Source: Candidatus Ideonella esbjergensis
Lineage (GTDB): Bacteria > Pseudomonadota > Gammaproteobacteria > Burkholderiales > Burkholderiaceae_C
Reading direction: 5' to 3'
Assembly: GCA_016710065.1 (NCBI GenBank)
Contig: JADJLP010000015.1
Coordinates: 460,685-524,684, forward strand
Length of the DNA: 64,000 nt
Positions within the stretch are counted from its first letter, which is position 1. Every line of letters begins with the position of its first letter. This document shows positions 36,070 to 46,379 of this stretch, in pieces. A program made the position numbers and the translations under genes. Below the pieces are notes generated by a model, which did not search any database, was not told where the DNA came from, and saw only the letters and a program-made list of their open reading frames with translations.

Positions 36070-37134
36070 ATGACGTCCCCTTTTGCAACTCACGCTGAAG
36101 TCCATATGGCCCCGTCACCGAAGGCTGCACGCCCATCTGTTCTACCCGTCGCCATGCTCGCTCTGGGCGTTGCGATCGGCGCCGGCGGTCATGCCCTGTG
36201 GGTGAATCGCCTGGCTGCTCAAGCGACCTTGGGCGCAGCATTGGCCAGCAACGACAACGCCGAGGAGTGGGCCCTGCTGGCGCGCACCCAAGCCGCGCAG
36301 GGCCGCTTTGCCGAGGCCTTGCCGGCGTTCAAGAAGGCCATGTCGCTCAGGCCGGGCGACGCCAGCTTGATGGCCGATTGCGCCGAAGTGATGGCCAATG
36401 CCAATGGCCAGAAGCTCGATGGCGAGCCTGCTGCGCTGGTGGCCCAGGCCCTCGCGCTGGACCCGAAGAACCTCAAGGCGCTGGCCTTGTCGGCCACCGC
36501 TGCCAACGCGAAGAGAGACTTCCAGGTCGCCGCCGATCTGTGGACGCGTGCGTTGAGCTCGGTACCCACCAACCAACCCGAATTGGCCAAACACTTGCAG
36601 GCCCGCCTCGACGAGGCGCGGCACAGCGCGGGGCTGCCCGCTGCGCCGACATCCGCTGCGCTGGTCGAACGCATGCCATCGTCCGATCGACCGGCGCAGG
36701 TGGCCACGTCGCCTGCGGAGGTGTCAGCGCCCCCAGCGTCGGCGGTGTCGGCTTCCACCGCCGAATCGGCCGCCACGCCACCCGCCAAGGCCATCGCCGG
36801 TGTGGCCGGCACCCTGTCCATCGCCGACGACGCACGCGCCGGCCTGGCGCCCACCGATGCCGTGGTCATCACGGCCGTGGCCGAGGGCGCCGAGTTGCTG
36901 CTGGTCTCCGTGCGCAAGCAGGTCAAGGACATGCCTTGGCACTTCACATTGACTGACGACATGGCCAGGCCGGGTGGGCCCAAGCTCACATCGGCCAAGC
37001 GCGTGGTGCTGCAGGCCTGGGTGGCGCGCAGCGGTCAGCCCAAGCCCCAGGCGGGCGACTGGCTGAGCCCGCCCGTGCCCGTGGCCATGGGCACCACCGG
37101 CGTACGCCTGGACGTGAGTGACGCCATGCGTTGA
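36070..37134 (+). CDS. TPR-repeat membrane protein (CcmI/CycH-like).
   Basis: TM helix near the N-terminus, then TPR-like helices, an Ala/Pro/Ser-rich linker, and a C-terminal beta domain. ATG at 36070 or 36106. Confidence 0.5.
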   Translation: MTSPFATHAEVHMAPSPKAARPSVLPVAMLALGVAIGAGGHALWVNRLAAQATLGAALASNDNAEEWALLARTQAAQGRFAEALPAFKKAMSLRPGDASLMADCAEVMANANGQKLDGEPAALVAQALALDPKNLKALALSATAANAKRDFQVAADLWTRALSSVPTNQPELAKHLQARLDEARHSAGLPAAPTSAALVERMPSSDRPAQVATSPAEVSAPPASAVSASTAESAATPPAKAIAGVAGTLSIADDARAGLAPTDAVVITAVAEGAELLLVSVRKQVKDMPWHFTLTDDMARPGGPKLTSAKRVVLQAWVARSGQPKPQAGDWLSPPVPVAMGTTGVRLDVSDAMR

Positions 37135-37245
37135 GGCTGCGCCAAACCCCTGTGATAGCGTGCCCGCATTGCCGCTGGTGCACCGACCGAGGCCTCGAAT
37201 CAGGGCCCCCGTGCCGCCCGTGGTGGCTGCTTTCAGGGGGATGCC

Positions 37246-40200
37246 ATGTTTCGCTTCACAGCCCGTTGGGCCGTTGCCGCACTGTGTCTGTGGGGCGCGC
37301 AGGTTCAGGCCGTCCAGATCATCGGCCTCACGCCGCAGGGCGAGGTGGCGCAGGTGCGCCAGGTGGTGGCCAAGTTCGACGACAGCGCCGTCAACTTCGG
37401 TGACCCCAAGGCCCCCGCGCCGCTGACCCTGAGCTGCAGCGACGCCCAGGCCACGCAGGGCAATGGCCGCTGGATCAGCGACCGCGAGTGGGCCTTCGAA
37501 TTCACCAACGACCTGCCGCCCGGTGTGAAGTGCACGCTGCAGCTGCGCCCCGGTTTCAAGACCGGCAAGGGCGCGGCCCTCACCGGCCCCGCGCAGTTCC
37601 GCTTCAACACCGGCGGGCCCTTTGTGCAGCGCATGCACCCTGGCAGCTACGAGCGGCTGGACGAAGAGCAGATCTTCGCGCTGCGCCTGAACGGCGCGGC
37701 CACGCCGGCCAGCGTCACCGACAACGTCTGGTGCGCACTCGACAGCCTGGGCGAGCGAGTGCCTGTGCGGGCCGTGGATGGCCCGCCGCGCACCGACATC
37801 CTCAAGGCGCTGGGGCTGGACAAGGAGGCTGCGCTAGAGCCGCAGCGCATCCTCACGCTGGCCTGCAAACGCCGGCTCACGCCCAGCACCCAGGTGCAGC
37901 TGGTGTACGGCAAGGGCGTGGCCACGCCCAGCGGTGTGGCCAACAGCACCGAGCGCCGCTACACCTGGCGGGTGCGCGAGCCCTTCGAGATCAGCTTCAG
38001 CTGTGAGCGCGAGAACGCGCAATCGGGCTGCCTGCCGATGCGGCCCATGAGCCTGCGCTTCAACGCGCCGGTGCCGCGCAAGTTGGCCGAGGGCCTGAGG
38101 CTGGTCTCGCCCAAGGACACCCACAAGCCCACGCCGGACGCGGGTGGGGCTGACGGCGGTGGCGACGGCGACGACGTGGTGAACGGCGTGGAGTTTGCGG
38201 CGCCCTTCCCCGAGCAGACCGCGATGAAGCTGGAGCTGCCACGCGGCTTTGCCGACGCCTCGGGCCGCGCGGCGCGCAACGCCGACAAGTTCCCGCTCAA
38301 GGTGGCCACGGGGTTGATGCCGCCGCTGGCCAAGTTCTCGGCTGCGCCGTTCGGCATCGTCGAGCGCTTTGCCGAGCCGGGTGGCGTGGCACTGCTGCCC
38401 GTCACGCTGCGCAACGTCGAGCCCAACCTGTCAGTCAAGGGCCTCAACCCGCAGGGCAAGGTGAGCGACCTGAAGCCGGGGAGCGACGCCGAGATCATCG
38501 CGTGGTTCCGCAAGGTGCAGCGCTACGACGAAAGCCAGATCGAGCGTGGCGAGGCCCGGCGCGATGGCGTGGCCAGCCTGCCCAAGGTGCTGGCCGACGG
38601 CAGCAACAAGCACCATGTGGAATCGCGCGCGCTCTCGCTGCTGGCCGGCGTGAACGGCGTGAAGACGCTGGACCTGCCCCAGCCGGTGGGCAACGACCCG
38701 CGGCCCTTCGAGGTGGTGGGCATCCCGCTCACCCCCGGCTTTCACGTGGTGGAGATCGCCAGCCAGCGGCTGGGTGGCAGCCTGCTGCACGAGGAGTATG
38801 GCGATGCGCGCACGATGTACGTGCGCAGCTCGGCCCTGGTGACCAACCTGGGCGTGCACTTCAAGCTCGGCCGCGAGAACGCCGTGGCCTTCGTGACCAC
38901 GCTGGACAAGGGCCAGCCGGTGGCCGGCGCGGCGGTGCAGGTGTCTGATTGCACCGGCAAGCTGCTCGCCAAGGGCAGCACCGACGCCAAGGGCCTGGTG
39001 GAACTCAAGGGGCTGTCGCCCCGTCCACCGTACTGCGACGGCCACACCCAGGGCGGCAACAACGACGGCGAAGACTATGAGGGGGACGGCGGCGGCGCGG
39101 GCGCCTATTTCGTCAGCGCGCGGTCCGCTGATGCCCAGGGCCAGCAAGACCTGGCCTTCACCTGGAGCAACTGGACTCGCGGCATCGAGCCCTGGCGCTT
39201 CAACCTGCCCACCAGCCACAGTGCCCAGCCCAGCCTGCGGGCGCACACCGTGTTCGACCGGCCGCTGCTGCGCGCCGGCGAAACCGTGAGCATGAAGCAC
39301 TACGTGCGCAAGGAGACGCGCCAGGGTTTTGATCTCCCAGCCGATGCCGACCTGCCGGTGAACATGATCGTCACCCACCTGGGCAGTGGCCAGCAATACA
39401 CGCAGCAAATCACCTGGCGCAAGACCGGCACCGGCGGCCTCTCGGCCGAGAACGCGCTGCCCATCCCTGCGGCGGCCAAGCTGGGCATTTACCAGGTGGA
39501 GCTGCAGGGTGGCCTGCTGGGCTCGGCGGCCACCGGCCAGTTCCGGGTGGAGGAGTTCCGCCTGCCGGTGCTGCAAGGTCAGGTGGCCGTGGCCCAAAAG
39601 GGCGAGTTGGTGCAGGCCAAGGACGTGCCGGTGAGTGTGCAGGTGAGCTACATCGCCGGTGGTGCGGCTGCCAACCTGCCGGTGCAGGTCTCGGCCCTGG
39701 TGCGGCCCAAGAGCCTGCACTTTGCCGACTACGACACCTACAGCTTCAACCCACCGCGCGGCCAGGCCACGGCCAGCGGTGACGGCGAGGGTGATGCCCG
39801 CATGGAAGGCGATGACCAGCGCGTCATTGCCGACAAGCTGCCGCTCACGCTGGACCGCAACGGCAGCGGCAAGCTCAGCGTGAAGGACGTGCCCGCCGCC
39901 AAGCAGCCGCGCCAGCTGCTGCTGGAAGCCAGCTACGCCGACCCGAATGGCGAGGTGCAAACCCTCCGCAGCAGCAGCACGCTGTGGCCGGCGGCGGTGA
40001 TCGCCGGCATCAAGACCGAAGGCTGGGTGTCGCTGGGCGGCGGTGGCAAGCAGAGCATCCATTTCCAGGCCCTGGCGCTGGATCTGAACGGCAAGCCCAA
40101 GGCTGGCGTGCCTCTGGAGGTGCGGGCGCAGGCGCGCATCACCACCAGCAGCCGCAAGCGCATGGTGGGCGGCTTCTACAGCTACGACAACAAGACCGAG

Positions 40201-43200
40201 GTGAAGGACCTCGGCAGCGTCTGCAACGGCAAGAGTGACGAGCGCGGCCTGCTGCTGTGCGAGGCCGCCATCAAGGACGCCGGCGAGATCGAGTTGGTGG
40301 TGGGCGCCAAGGACGGCGACGGTAACTTGGCCCAGGCCGCCGCCTCGGTGTGGGTGACGCGCCAGGGTGAGCTGTGGTTCGGCGGCAGCGACACCGACCG
40401 CATCGACGTGCTGCCCGAGAAGAAAAGCTACCAGCCCGGCGAGATCGCCAAGTTCCAGGTGCGCATGCCCTTCCGCTTTGCCACCGCGCTGGTGGCGGTG
40501 GAGCGCGAAGGCATCATCGAAACCCAGGTGGTGCAGCTCAACGGGCAGGACCCCACGGTGAGTCTGAAGGTCAGCGAGGCCTGGGGCCCTAACGTCTACG
40601 TGAGCGTGCTGGCGCTGCGCGGCCGGCTGCGCGAGGTGCCCTGGTACAGCTTCTTCACCTGGGGCTACAAGGCGCCGCGCGAATGGTGGACGGCCTTCTG
40701 GTACGAGGGCCGCGAATACGTGGCCCCCACGGCCCTGGTGGACCTGAGCAAGCCGGCCTTTCGCCTGGGCGTGGCCGAGATCCGCGTGGGCACCGCCGCC
40801 CACCAGCTCGGCGTGAAGGTGGTCAGCGACAAGCCCAGCTACCCGGTGCGCGGCACCGCCAAGGTGACGGTGAGCGTGACGCTGCCGAACGGCCAGCCCG
40901 CCGCCGGGGCCGAGGTGGCGCTGGCCGCCGTGGACCAGGCCTTGCTGGAGCTGATGCCCAACCGCAGCTGGGAACTGCTGGAGGCCATGCTGCAGCAGCG
41001 CGCCTGGGGCGTGACCACGGCCACCGCGCAGATGGAGATCATCGGCCGGCGCCACTACGGCCGAAAGGCCGTGCCTGCGGGCGGCGGCGGCGGCCAGGGC
41101 GCGGCGCGCGAGCTGCTGGAGACCTTGCTGCTGTGGAACCCCAAGGTGGTGCTGGACGCCAAGGGCCAGGCGGTGCTGAACGTGCCGCTGAACGACGCCA
41201 TCACCACCTTCAAGATCGTGGCCGTGGCCGATGCCTCGGTGGGCCAGTTCGGTACCGGCAGCACCAGCATCCAGGCCACGCAAGACCTGCAGATCATCAG
41301 CGGCCTGCCGCCGCTGGTGCGCGAGGACGACGAGTTCCGCGCCATGCTCACGCTGCGCAACACCACGGCCAAGGCCATGAAGGTGGAAGCCACGCCGCGC
41401 GCCACGCTGCTCACGTTGGCGCCGCAAACGGTGGAGATCCCACCCGGCGAGGCCCGCGAGCTGAGCTGGAGCGTGACCGTGCCGGCGCAACTGGGCAGCA
41501 CGCGCAACACCGCGCTGATGTGGGAGATCGAGGCCAAGGACACGTTGAATGGCGCCCGCGATGCGCTGAAAGTGACGCAGCGGGTGCTGCCCGCCGTGCC
41601 GCTGACGGTGCAGCAGGCCACGCTGGTGCAGCTGGACGGCCCCTACACGCTGGACGTGGCGCCACCGGCGGATGCCTTGCCGGAGAAGGGCGGTAAATCC
41701 ACAAGCGCGCGAGGCGGCCTGAAGCTGGCCCTGCAACCCAAGCTGAGTGAGGGCCTGCCGGGCGTGCGTGACTGGTTCGCCAACTACCCCTACGCCTGCC
41801 TGGAACAGAAGACCAGCAAGTCCATCGGCCTGCGCGACGCGGCGATGTGGCAGGGCGTGGTGAACCAGATCCCCAGCTACCTCGACAGCGACGGCCTGGC
41901 CAACTACTTCCCGCCGCGCGAGGGCGACGCCAACCATGGCAGCGACGTGCTCACCGCCTACATCCTCGCGGCCACGCACGAAGCGGCCAGCCTGGACCCG
42001 GCCTATGCCCTGCCCGACAGCGTGCGCGCCCCGATGGAGCGCGGCCTGATCGCCTTCGTGGAAGGCCGGGTTTCCCGCGAGTACTGGAGCCCGCGCAAGG
42101 ACCTGGACGTGCGCAAGCTCGGTGCCATTGAGGCGCTCTCGCGCTACGGCATGGCCAAGCCGGCGCTGCTGCAAAGCATCACCCTCGCGCCCAACCAGTG
42201 GCCCACGAACGCGGTGATCGACTGGCTGAACATCCTGCGCCGCGTCAAGGGCATCCCCAAGCAGGCCGAGCTGCTGGCCGAGGCCGGCCAGGTGCTCAAG
42301 AGCCGTTTGTCCTACCAGGGCACCAAGCTCATCTTCAGCACCGAGCGCGACGACTACTGGTGGTGGCTGATGGCCAATGGTGACGTGAACACCGCGCGCC
42401 TGATGCTGGCCGTGATGGACGACCCGGCCTGGAAGGACGACATGGGCCGCCTGGCCAATGGCTTCATCCAGCGCCAGCAAGGTGGGGCGTGGCACACCAC
42501 CACGGCCAACCTGTGGGGTGGGCTGGCGCTGGAGCGCTTCTCGCGCGTGTTCGAGGCCACGCCGGTGGCGGGCAGCACGCAGGCCAAGCTGGGTGGCGCC
42601 AGCGCCACTGTGGACTGGGCCAAGGTCGAGCGCATCAAGGCCGACGACGCGAAGCTGGGATCGACAGGCCTGACGCACCAGGGCACCTGGTTCGGCGCGC
42701 CGGCCTCGCCCGGCAACCTGCGCAACAACAGCATGTTCCTGCCCTGGCCAGACATGGGCAAGAGCGCCGAGAAGGACGTGCTCAGCGTCACCCACCAGGG
42801 CGCGGGCAAGCCCTGGCTCACGCTGCAGTCGGTGGCGGCCATTGCGCTGAAGGCGCCGTTCAGTGCCGGCTACGCCATCAAGAAGACCATCACGCCGGTG
42901 GAGCAGGCCGTGAAGGGCCAGTACACGCGTGGCGATGTGCTGCGCATCACGATCGAAGTGAACGCCTCGGCCGACATGAGCTGGGTGGTGATCAGCGACC
43001 CGGTGCCCGGTGGCGCCACCATCCTGGGCAGCGGCCTGGGGCGCGATTCGGAGATCGCCACCCAGGGTGAGAAGAAGAAGGGCTATGCCTGGGCCGCGTT
43101 TGAAGAGCGCAGCTTCGAGGCCTACCGCTCCTACTACGAGTACCTGCCCAAGGGCGTGGTGAGCCTGGACTACACCGTGCGGCTGAACAACGTGGGCCAG

Positions 43201-43296
43201 TTCTCGCTGCCGCCCACGCGCGTGGAGGCCATGTACGCGCCCGAGATGTTTGGCGAATTCCCCAATGCCAGGTTGAAGGTGGAAGCAGCCAAGTGA
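37246..43296 (+). CDS. Bacterial alpha-2-macroglobulin family protein, 2016 aa.
   Basis: Signal peptide at the N-terminus. The thioester motif CLEQ is present (ANYPYACLEQKTSKS). The size and MG-domain repeats fit the family. It is followed by pbpC with a 4-nt overlap. Confidence 0.85.
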   Translation: MFRFTARWAVAALCLWGAQVQAVQIIGLTPQGEVAQVRQVVAKFDDSAVNFGDPKAPAPLTLSCSDAQATQGNGRWISDREWAFEFTNDLPPGVKCTLQLRPGFKTGKGAALTGPAQFRFNTGGPFVQRMHPGSYERLDEEQIFALRLNGAATPASVTDNVWCALDSLGERVPVRAVDGPPRTDILKALGLDKEAALEPQRILTLACKRRLTPSTQVQLVYGKGVATPSGVANSTERRYTWRVREPFEISFSCERENAQSGCLPMRPMSLRFNAPVPRKLAEGLRLVSPKDTHKPTPDAGGADGGGDGDDVVNGVEFAAPFPEQTAMKLELPRGFADASGRAARNADKFPLKVATGLMPPLAKFSAAPFGIVERFAEPGGVALLPVTLRNVEPNLSVKGLNPQGKVSDLKPGSDAEIIAWFRKVQRYDESQIERGEARRDGVASLPKVLADGSNKHHVESRALSLLAGVNGVKTLDLPQPVGNDPRPFEVVGIPLTPGFHVVEIASQRLGGSLLHEEYGDARTMYVRSSALVTNLGVHFKLGRENAVAFVTTLDKGQPVAGAAVQVSDCTGKLLAKGSTDAKGLVELKGLSPRPPYCDGHTQGGNNDGEDYEGDGGGAGAYFVSARSADAQGQQDLAFTWSNWTRGIEPWRFNLPTSHSAQPSLRAHTVFDRPLLRAGETVSMKHYVRKETRQGFDLPADADLPVNMIVTHLGSGQQYTQQITWRKTGTGGLSAENALPIPAAAKLGIYQVELQGGLLGSAATGQFRVEEFRLPVLQGQVAVAQKGELVQAKDVPVSVQVSYIAGGAAANLPVQVSALVRPKSLHFADYDTYSFNPPRGQATASGDGEGDARMEGDDQRVIADKLPLTLDRNGSGKLSVKDVPAAKQPRQLLLEASYADPNGEVQTLRSSSTLWPAAVIAGIKTEGWVSLGGGGKQSIHFQALALDLNGKPKAGVPLEVRAQARITTSSRKRMVGGFYSYDNKTEVKDLGSVCNGKSDERGLLLCEAAIKDAGEIELVVGAKDGDGNLAQAAASVWVTRQGELWFGGSDTDRIDVLPEKKSYQPGEIAKFQVRMPFRFATALVAVEREGIIETQVVQLNGQDPTVSLKVSEAWGPNVYVSVLALRGRLREVPWYSFFTWGYKAPREWWTAFWYEGREYVAPTALVDLSKPAFRLGVAEIRVGTAAHQLGVKVVSDKPSYPVRGTAKVTVSVTLPNGQPAAGAEVALAAVDQALLELMPNRSWELLEAMLQQRAWGVTTATAQMEIIGRRHYGRKAVPAGGGGGQGAARELLETLLLWNPKVVLDAKGQAVLNVPLNDAITTFKIVAVADASVGQFGTGSTSIQATQDLQIISGLPPLVREDDEFRAMLTLRNTTAKAMKVEATPRATLLTLAPQTVEIPPGEARELSWSVTVPAQLGSTRNTALMWEIEAKDTLNGARDALKVTQRVLPAVPLTVQQATLVQLDGPYTLDVAPPADALPEKGGKSTSARGGLKLALQPKLSEGLPGVRDWFANYPYACLEQKTSKSIGLRDAAMWQGVVNQIPSYLDSDGLANYFPPREGDANHGSDVLTAYILAATHEAASLDPAYALPDSVRAPMERGLIAFVEGRVSREYWSPRKDLDVRKLGAIEALSRYGMAKPALLQSITLAPNQWPTNAVIDWLNILRRVKGIPKQAELLAEAGQVLKSRLSYQGTKLIFSTERDDYWWWLMANGDVNTARLMLAVMDDPAWKDDMGRLANGFIQRQQGGAWHTTTANLWGGLALERFSRVFEATPVAGSTQAKLGGASATVDWAKVERIKADDAKLGSTGLTHQGTWFGAPASPGNLRNNSMFLPWPDMGKSAEKDVLSVTHQGAGKPWLTLQSVAAIALKAPFSAGYAIKKTITPVEQAVKGQYTRGDVLRITIEVNASADMSWVVISDPVPGGATILGSGLGRDSEIATQGEKKKGYAWAAFEERSFEAYRSYYEYLPKGVVSLDYTVRLNNVGQFSLPPTRVEAMYAPEMFGEFPNARLKVEAAK

Positions 43297-45473
43297 AGTT
43301 GCGCCTGCGCCTCGTTGCCGCCAGCCTGTGCCTCACCGCGCAGGCCGGCTGGGCTCTGCCCAGCTTCAACGAGGTGAAGGCGGCCCACCGCTCGTCCGAG
43401 ACCGAACTGCTGGACCGCGACGGCGTGGTCATCCAGCGCCTGCGCACCGACGCCACGGTGCGGCGCGGCCCCTGGCTTGTCCTGGCCGATGTCTCGCCCG
43501 CGCTGCGCCAAGCCCTGCTGCTGAGCGAGGACAAGCGCTTCTATGAGCACAGCGGAGTCGACTGGCGGGCGGTGTCGGCCGCGGCCTGGGGCAACCTCTG
43601 GAACCAGAAGACGCGCGGCGCCTCCACCCTCACCATGCAGCTGGCCGGCCTGCTGGACGCGGCCGACGCAGGCCGAAGCAAGGACGGCCGCCGCAGCCTG
43701 GGCCAGAAGCTGAGCCAGGCGATCTCGGCGCAGAACCTGGAGCAGCGCTGGCGCAAGGACCAGATCCTCGAGGCCTACCTGAACCTGGTGCCTTTGCGCG
43801 GCGAGCTGGTGGGCCTGGACGCGCTCTCTCGCACCCTGTTCGACAAGGCCCCACAAGGCCTGAACGAGCGCGAGGCGGCCGTGACGGCCGCCCTTGTGCG
43901 CGCCCCCAATGCCAACCCGCAGCAGGTGGCGAACCGCGCCTGTGGCGTGCTGCGCGAGCTGCACCCGGTGCCCGATGCGGCGCTGTGCGAAGACCTGTAC
44001 CTGTACACCGCCGACACCCTCAAGCGCCGCGCCTTCGATACCAGCGCTGGCATCGCGCCGCACGTGGCGCGGCAACTCATCAAGCCCGGCGCGGGCAAAG
44101 CACCGCCCACCGTGCAGAGCAGCCTGCGCGCGCCGCTGCAACGCATGGCTCGAGCCGCGCTGCAACGCCAGCTGCGCGAGCTGCAAGGCCGCAACGTGGC
44201 CGACGGGGCGGTGCTGGTGCTGGACAACGCCAGCGGCGAGGTGCTGGCCTGGGTGGGCTCGTCGGGCGAGCTAAGTAACGCCGCCGAGGTGGACGGCGTG
44301 CTGGCCCAGCGCCAGGCCGGCTCCACGCTCAAGCCCTTCCTCTACGCGCAGGCGCTTGCCGAGCAGCGGCTCACCGCGGCCTCGCTGCTTGAAGACTCGG
44401 CCACGCAGATCCCCACCGCCAGCGGCCTCTACATCCCGCAGAACTACGACCACTCGTTCAAGGGCTTTGTCTCGGTGCGCACCGCACTGGGGGCTTCGCT
44501 CAATGTGCCGGCTGTGCGCACCCTGGTGATGGTGTCGCCCGACGCCTTCCACCAAACGCTGCGCCGCGCCGGCCTGCCGCTGCGCGAGAGTGGCGACTAC
44601 TTCGGCTACAGCCTGGCCCTGGGCAGCGCCGAGGTGCCGCTGCTGAACCTCACCAACGCCTACCGCACGCTGGCCAATGGCGGGCGCTACAGCGCCACTT
44701 CACTTACGCGCACCAGCGTAGCGCCCGCCTTCACTCCCGCGCTCGACCCGCGTGCCGCCTACATCGTGGCCGACATCCTGGCCGACCCCAACGCCCGCGC
44801 CCGCACCTTCGGCGCCGACAGCCTGCTGGCCACCCGTTTCTGGACGGCGGTGAAGACCGGCACCAGCAAGGACATGCGCGACAACTGGGCCGTGGGCTAC
44901 AGCAGCCGCTACACCGTGGGCGTGTGGGTGGGCAATGCCAACGGCCAACCGATGTGGGACGTGAGCGGCACCAGCGGTGCGGCGCCGGTGTGGGCGGCGG
45001 TGATGGCGTATCTGCATGACAACCTGCGCCAGCACGAACCCAGCCGCGCGCCCACCCCGCCCGCCGGTCTGGCGCGGGTGCACACCACCTTTGCCGGCGG
45101 CACCGAGGCCGAGCGTGAAGAGTGGTTCATCCCCGGCACCGAGCAAACCCACATGGCCTTGCGCGATGATCCGCGCCGCCTGCCTGCGGCTGATCGCCCC
45201 GCACGCATCACCGCGCCGGTGGCTGGCACCATCATTGCACTCGACCCCGACATCCCGCCCCAGCACCAGCGCCTGAGCTTCACCGCGGACGGCGCTCAGT
45301 TGCGCTGGCGCATCGACGGCAAGACCATCGCCAGCGGCCCGCAGGCCCGTTGGCTGCCCTGGCCCGGCAAGCACGTGGTGCAATTGGCGGACCTGCACGG
45401 CACCGTGCTCGACGAGATCAAGATCGAAGTGCGCGGCGCTGGCCTCAAAGCCCGCCGACGCAAGCCCACATGA
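43293..45473 (+). CDS. pbpC: Penicillin-binding protein 1C.
   Basis: Transglycosylase motifs (EDKRFYEHSGVDW, GASTLTMQLA) and transpeptidase motifs (STLKPF, SxN, KTGT) are present. The start is GTG at 43293. It pairs with the alpha-2-macroglobulin gene in the conserved arrangement. Confidence 0.85.
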   Translation: MKLRLRLVAASLCLTAQAGWALPSFNEVKAAHRSSETELLDRDGVVIQRLRTDATVRRGPWLVLADVSPALRQALLLSEDKRFYEHSGVDWRAVSAAAWGNLWNQKTRGASTLTMQLAGLLDAADAGRSKDGRRSLGQKLSQAISAQNLEQRWRKDQILEAYLNLVPLRGELVGLDALSRTLFDKAPQGLNEREAAVTAALVRAPNANPQQVANRACGVLRELHPVPDAALCEDLYLYTADTLKRRAFDTSAGIAPHVARQLIKPGAGKAPPTVQSSLRAPLQRMARAALQRQLRELQGRNVADGAVLVLDNASGEVLAWVGSSGELSNAAEVDGVLAQRQAGSTLKPFLYAQALAEQRLTAASLLEDSATQIPTASGLYIPQNYDHSFKGFVSVRTALGASLNVPAVRTLVMVSPDAFHQTLRRAGLPLRESGDYFGYSLALGSAEVPLLNLTNAYRTLANGGRYSATSLTRTSVAPAFTPALDPRAAYIVADILADPNARARTFGADSLLATRFWTAVKTGTSKDMRDNWAVGYSSRYTVGVWVGNANGQPMWDVSGTSGAAPVWAAVMAYLHDNLRQHEPSRAPTPPAGLARVHTTFAGGTEAEREEWFIPGTEQTHMALRDDPRRLPAADRPARITAPVAGTIIALDPDIPPQHQRLSFTADGAQLRWRIDGKTIASGPQARWLPWPGKHVVQLADLHGTVLDEIKIEVRGAGLKARRRKPT

Positions 45474-46117
45474 AGACCATCACTTTCGTCCGCCACGGCC
45501 AGAGCGTGGCCAATGCCGGCGGCGTCACCATGGCGCACGACGCCATCCCTCTCACGCCACTGGGCCAGCGCCAGGCCGCTGCGCTGGCCGACGCGCTGAC
45601 GCTGCGCCCCGAGAAGGTTCTGGTCTCGGCCTATGTGCGCGCCCAGGAAACCGCCCACCCCTTTTGCGCCAAGCTGGGCCTGCAGCCTGTGCTGCACCCG
45701 CTGATGCACGAGTTCTCCACGCTCGACAGCGCCAAGATGGCCGGCCTCAACGGTGACCAGCGCTGGCCCCATGTGCAGGCCTACTGGGAGGCCGCCGACC
45801 CCGCGCTGCGCACGGGCGAGAACGCCGAGACCTTCCACGAGTTCAACGCCCGCGTGGCACAGTTTCAAGGCGAGCTGCCGCAGCTGCCGCACGGCACGCT
45901 GTGCTTCGGCCACGGCATGTGGTTTGCGCTGCTGATCTGGCGTTTGCTGGGCTTCAGCGCGGCCGACAGCCAGGGCATGAGCGCCTTTCGCCGCTTTCAA
46001 CAAGGCATGCCCATGCCCAATTGCGCCGTGTACCACTTGGTGCAGGCCAAGGACGGCCACTGGCGCGTGCAGGGTGTGGAGCCGCTGATGCGGCAGATGA
46101 TGGCGGTGGCGGTTTAG
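45470..46117 (+). CDS. Histidine phosphatase (phosphoglycerate-mutase-like) family protein.
   Basis: The RHG motif is at the N-terminus (ITFVRHGQSVAN). The ATG overlaps the pbpC stop as ATGA. Confidence 0.7.
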   Translation: MKTITFVRHGQSVANAGGVTMAHDAIPLTPLGQRQAAALADALTLRPEKVLVSAYVRAQETAHPFCAKLGLQPVLHPLMHEFSTLDSAKMAGLNGDQRWPHVQAYWEAADPALRTGENAETFHEFNARVAQFQGELPQLPHGTLCFGHGMWFALLIWRLLGFSAADSQGMSAFRRFQQGMPMPNCAVYHLVQAKDGHWRVQGVEPLMRQMMAVAV

Positions 46118-46124
46118 CCGACCC

Positions 46125-46373
46125 ATGATCACCGTCTACCGCCCCACCAAGCTGTGGGTTGTCATCTATCGCTACAAGGGCCAGCCCCGGCGCTGGTACA
46201 AGGCCTTCGCACCCGACGTGGATGTGCCGGCGTTGGTGGCCGCGCAGCTGCGTGAATTGCATGGCGAGCAGGCGCAGCTTGAAGAGGTTCGCACCGCCAC
46301 CGCAGACGAAGAGCTGCAGTACCTCCGCGGCGAAACCCCGGTGTTCCCCATGTGCCCCACGGGGCGCCACTGA
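46125..46373 (+). CDS. Small hypothetical protein, 82 aa.
   Basis: Track ORF with non-repetitive composition (MITVYRPTKLWVVIYRYKG...). There is no other support. Confidence 0.35.
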   Translation: MITVYRPTKLWVVIYRYKGQPRRWYKAFAPDVDVPALVAAQLRELHGEQAQLEEVRTATADEELQYLRGETPVFPMCPTGRH

Positions 46374-46379
46374 GCGCCT

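Noticed and set aside
38431-42795. 1454-aa minus-strand ORF.
   Set aside because: It is the antisense shadow of the alpha-2-macroglobulin gene, and its composition is dominated by A, G, R and L. The plus-strand gene has the CLEQ thioester motif and a signal peptide.
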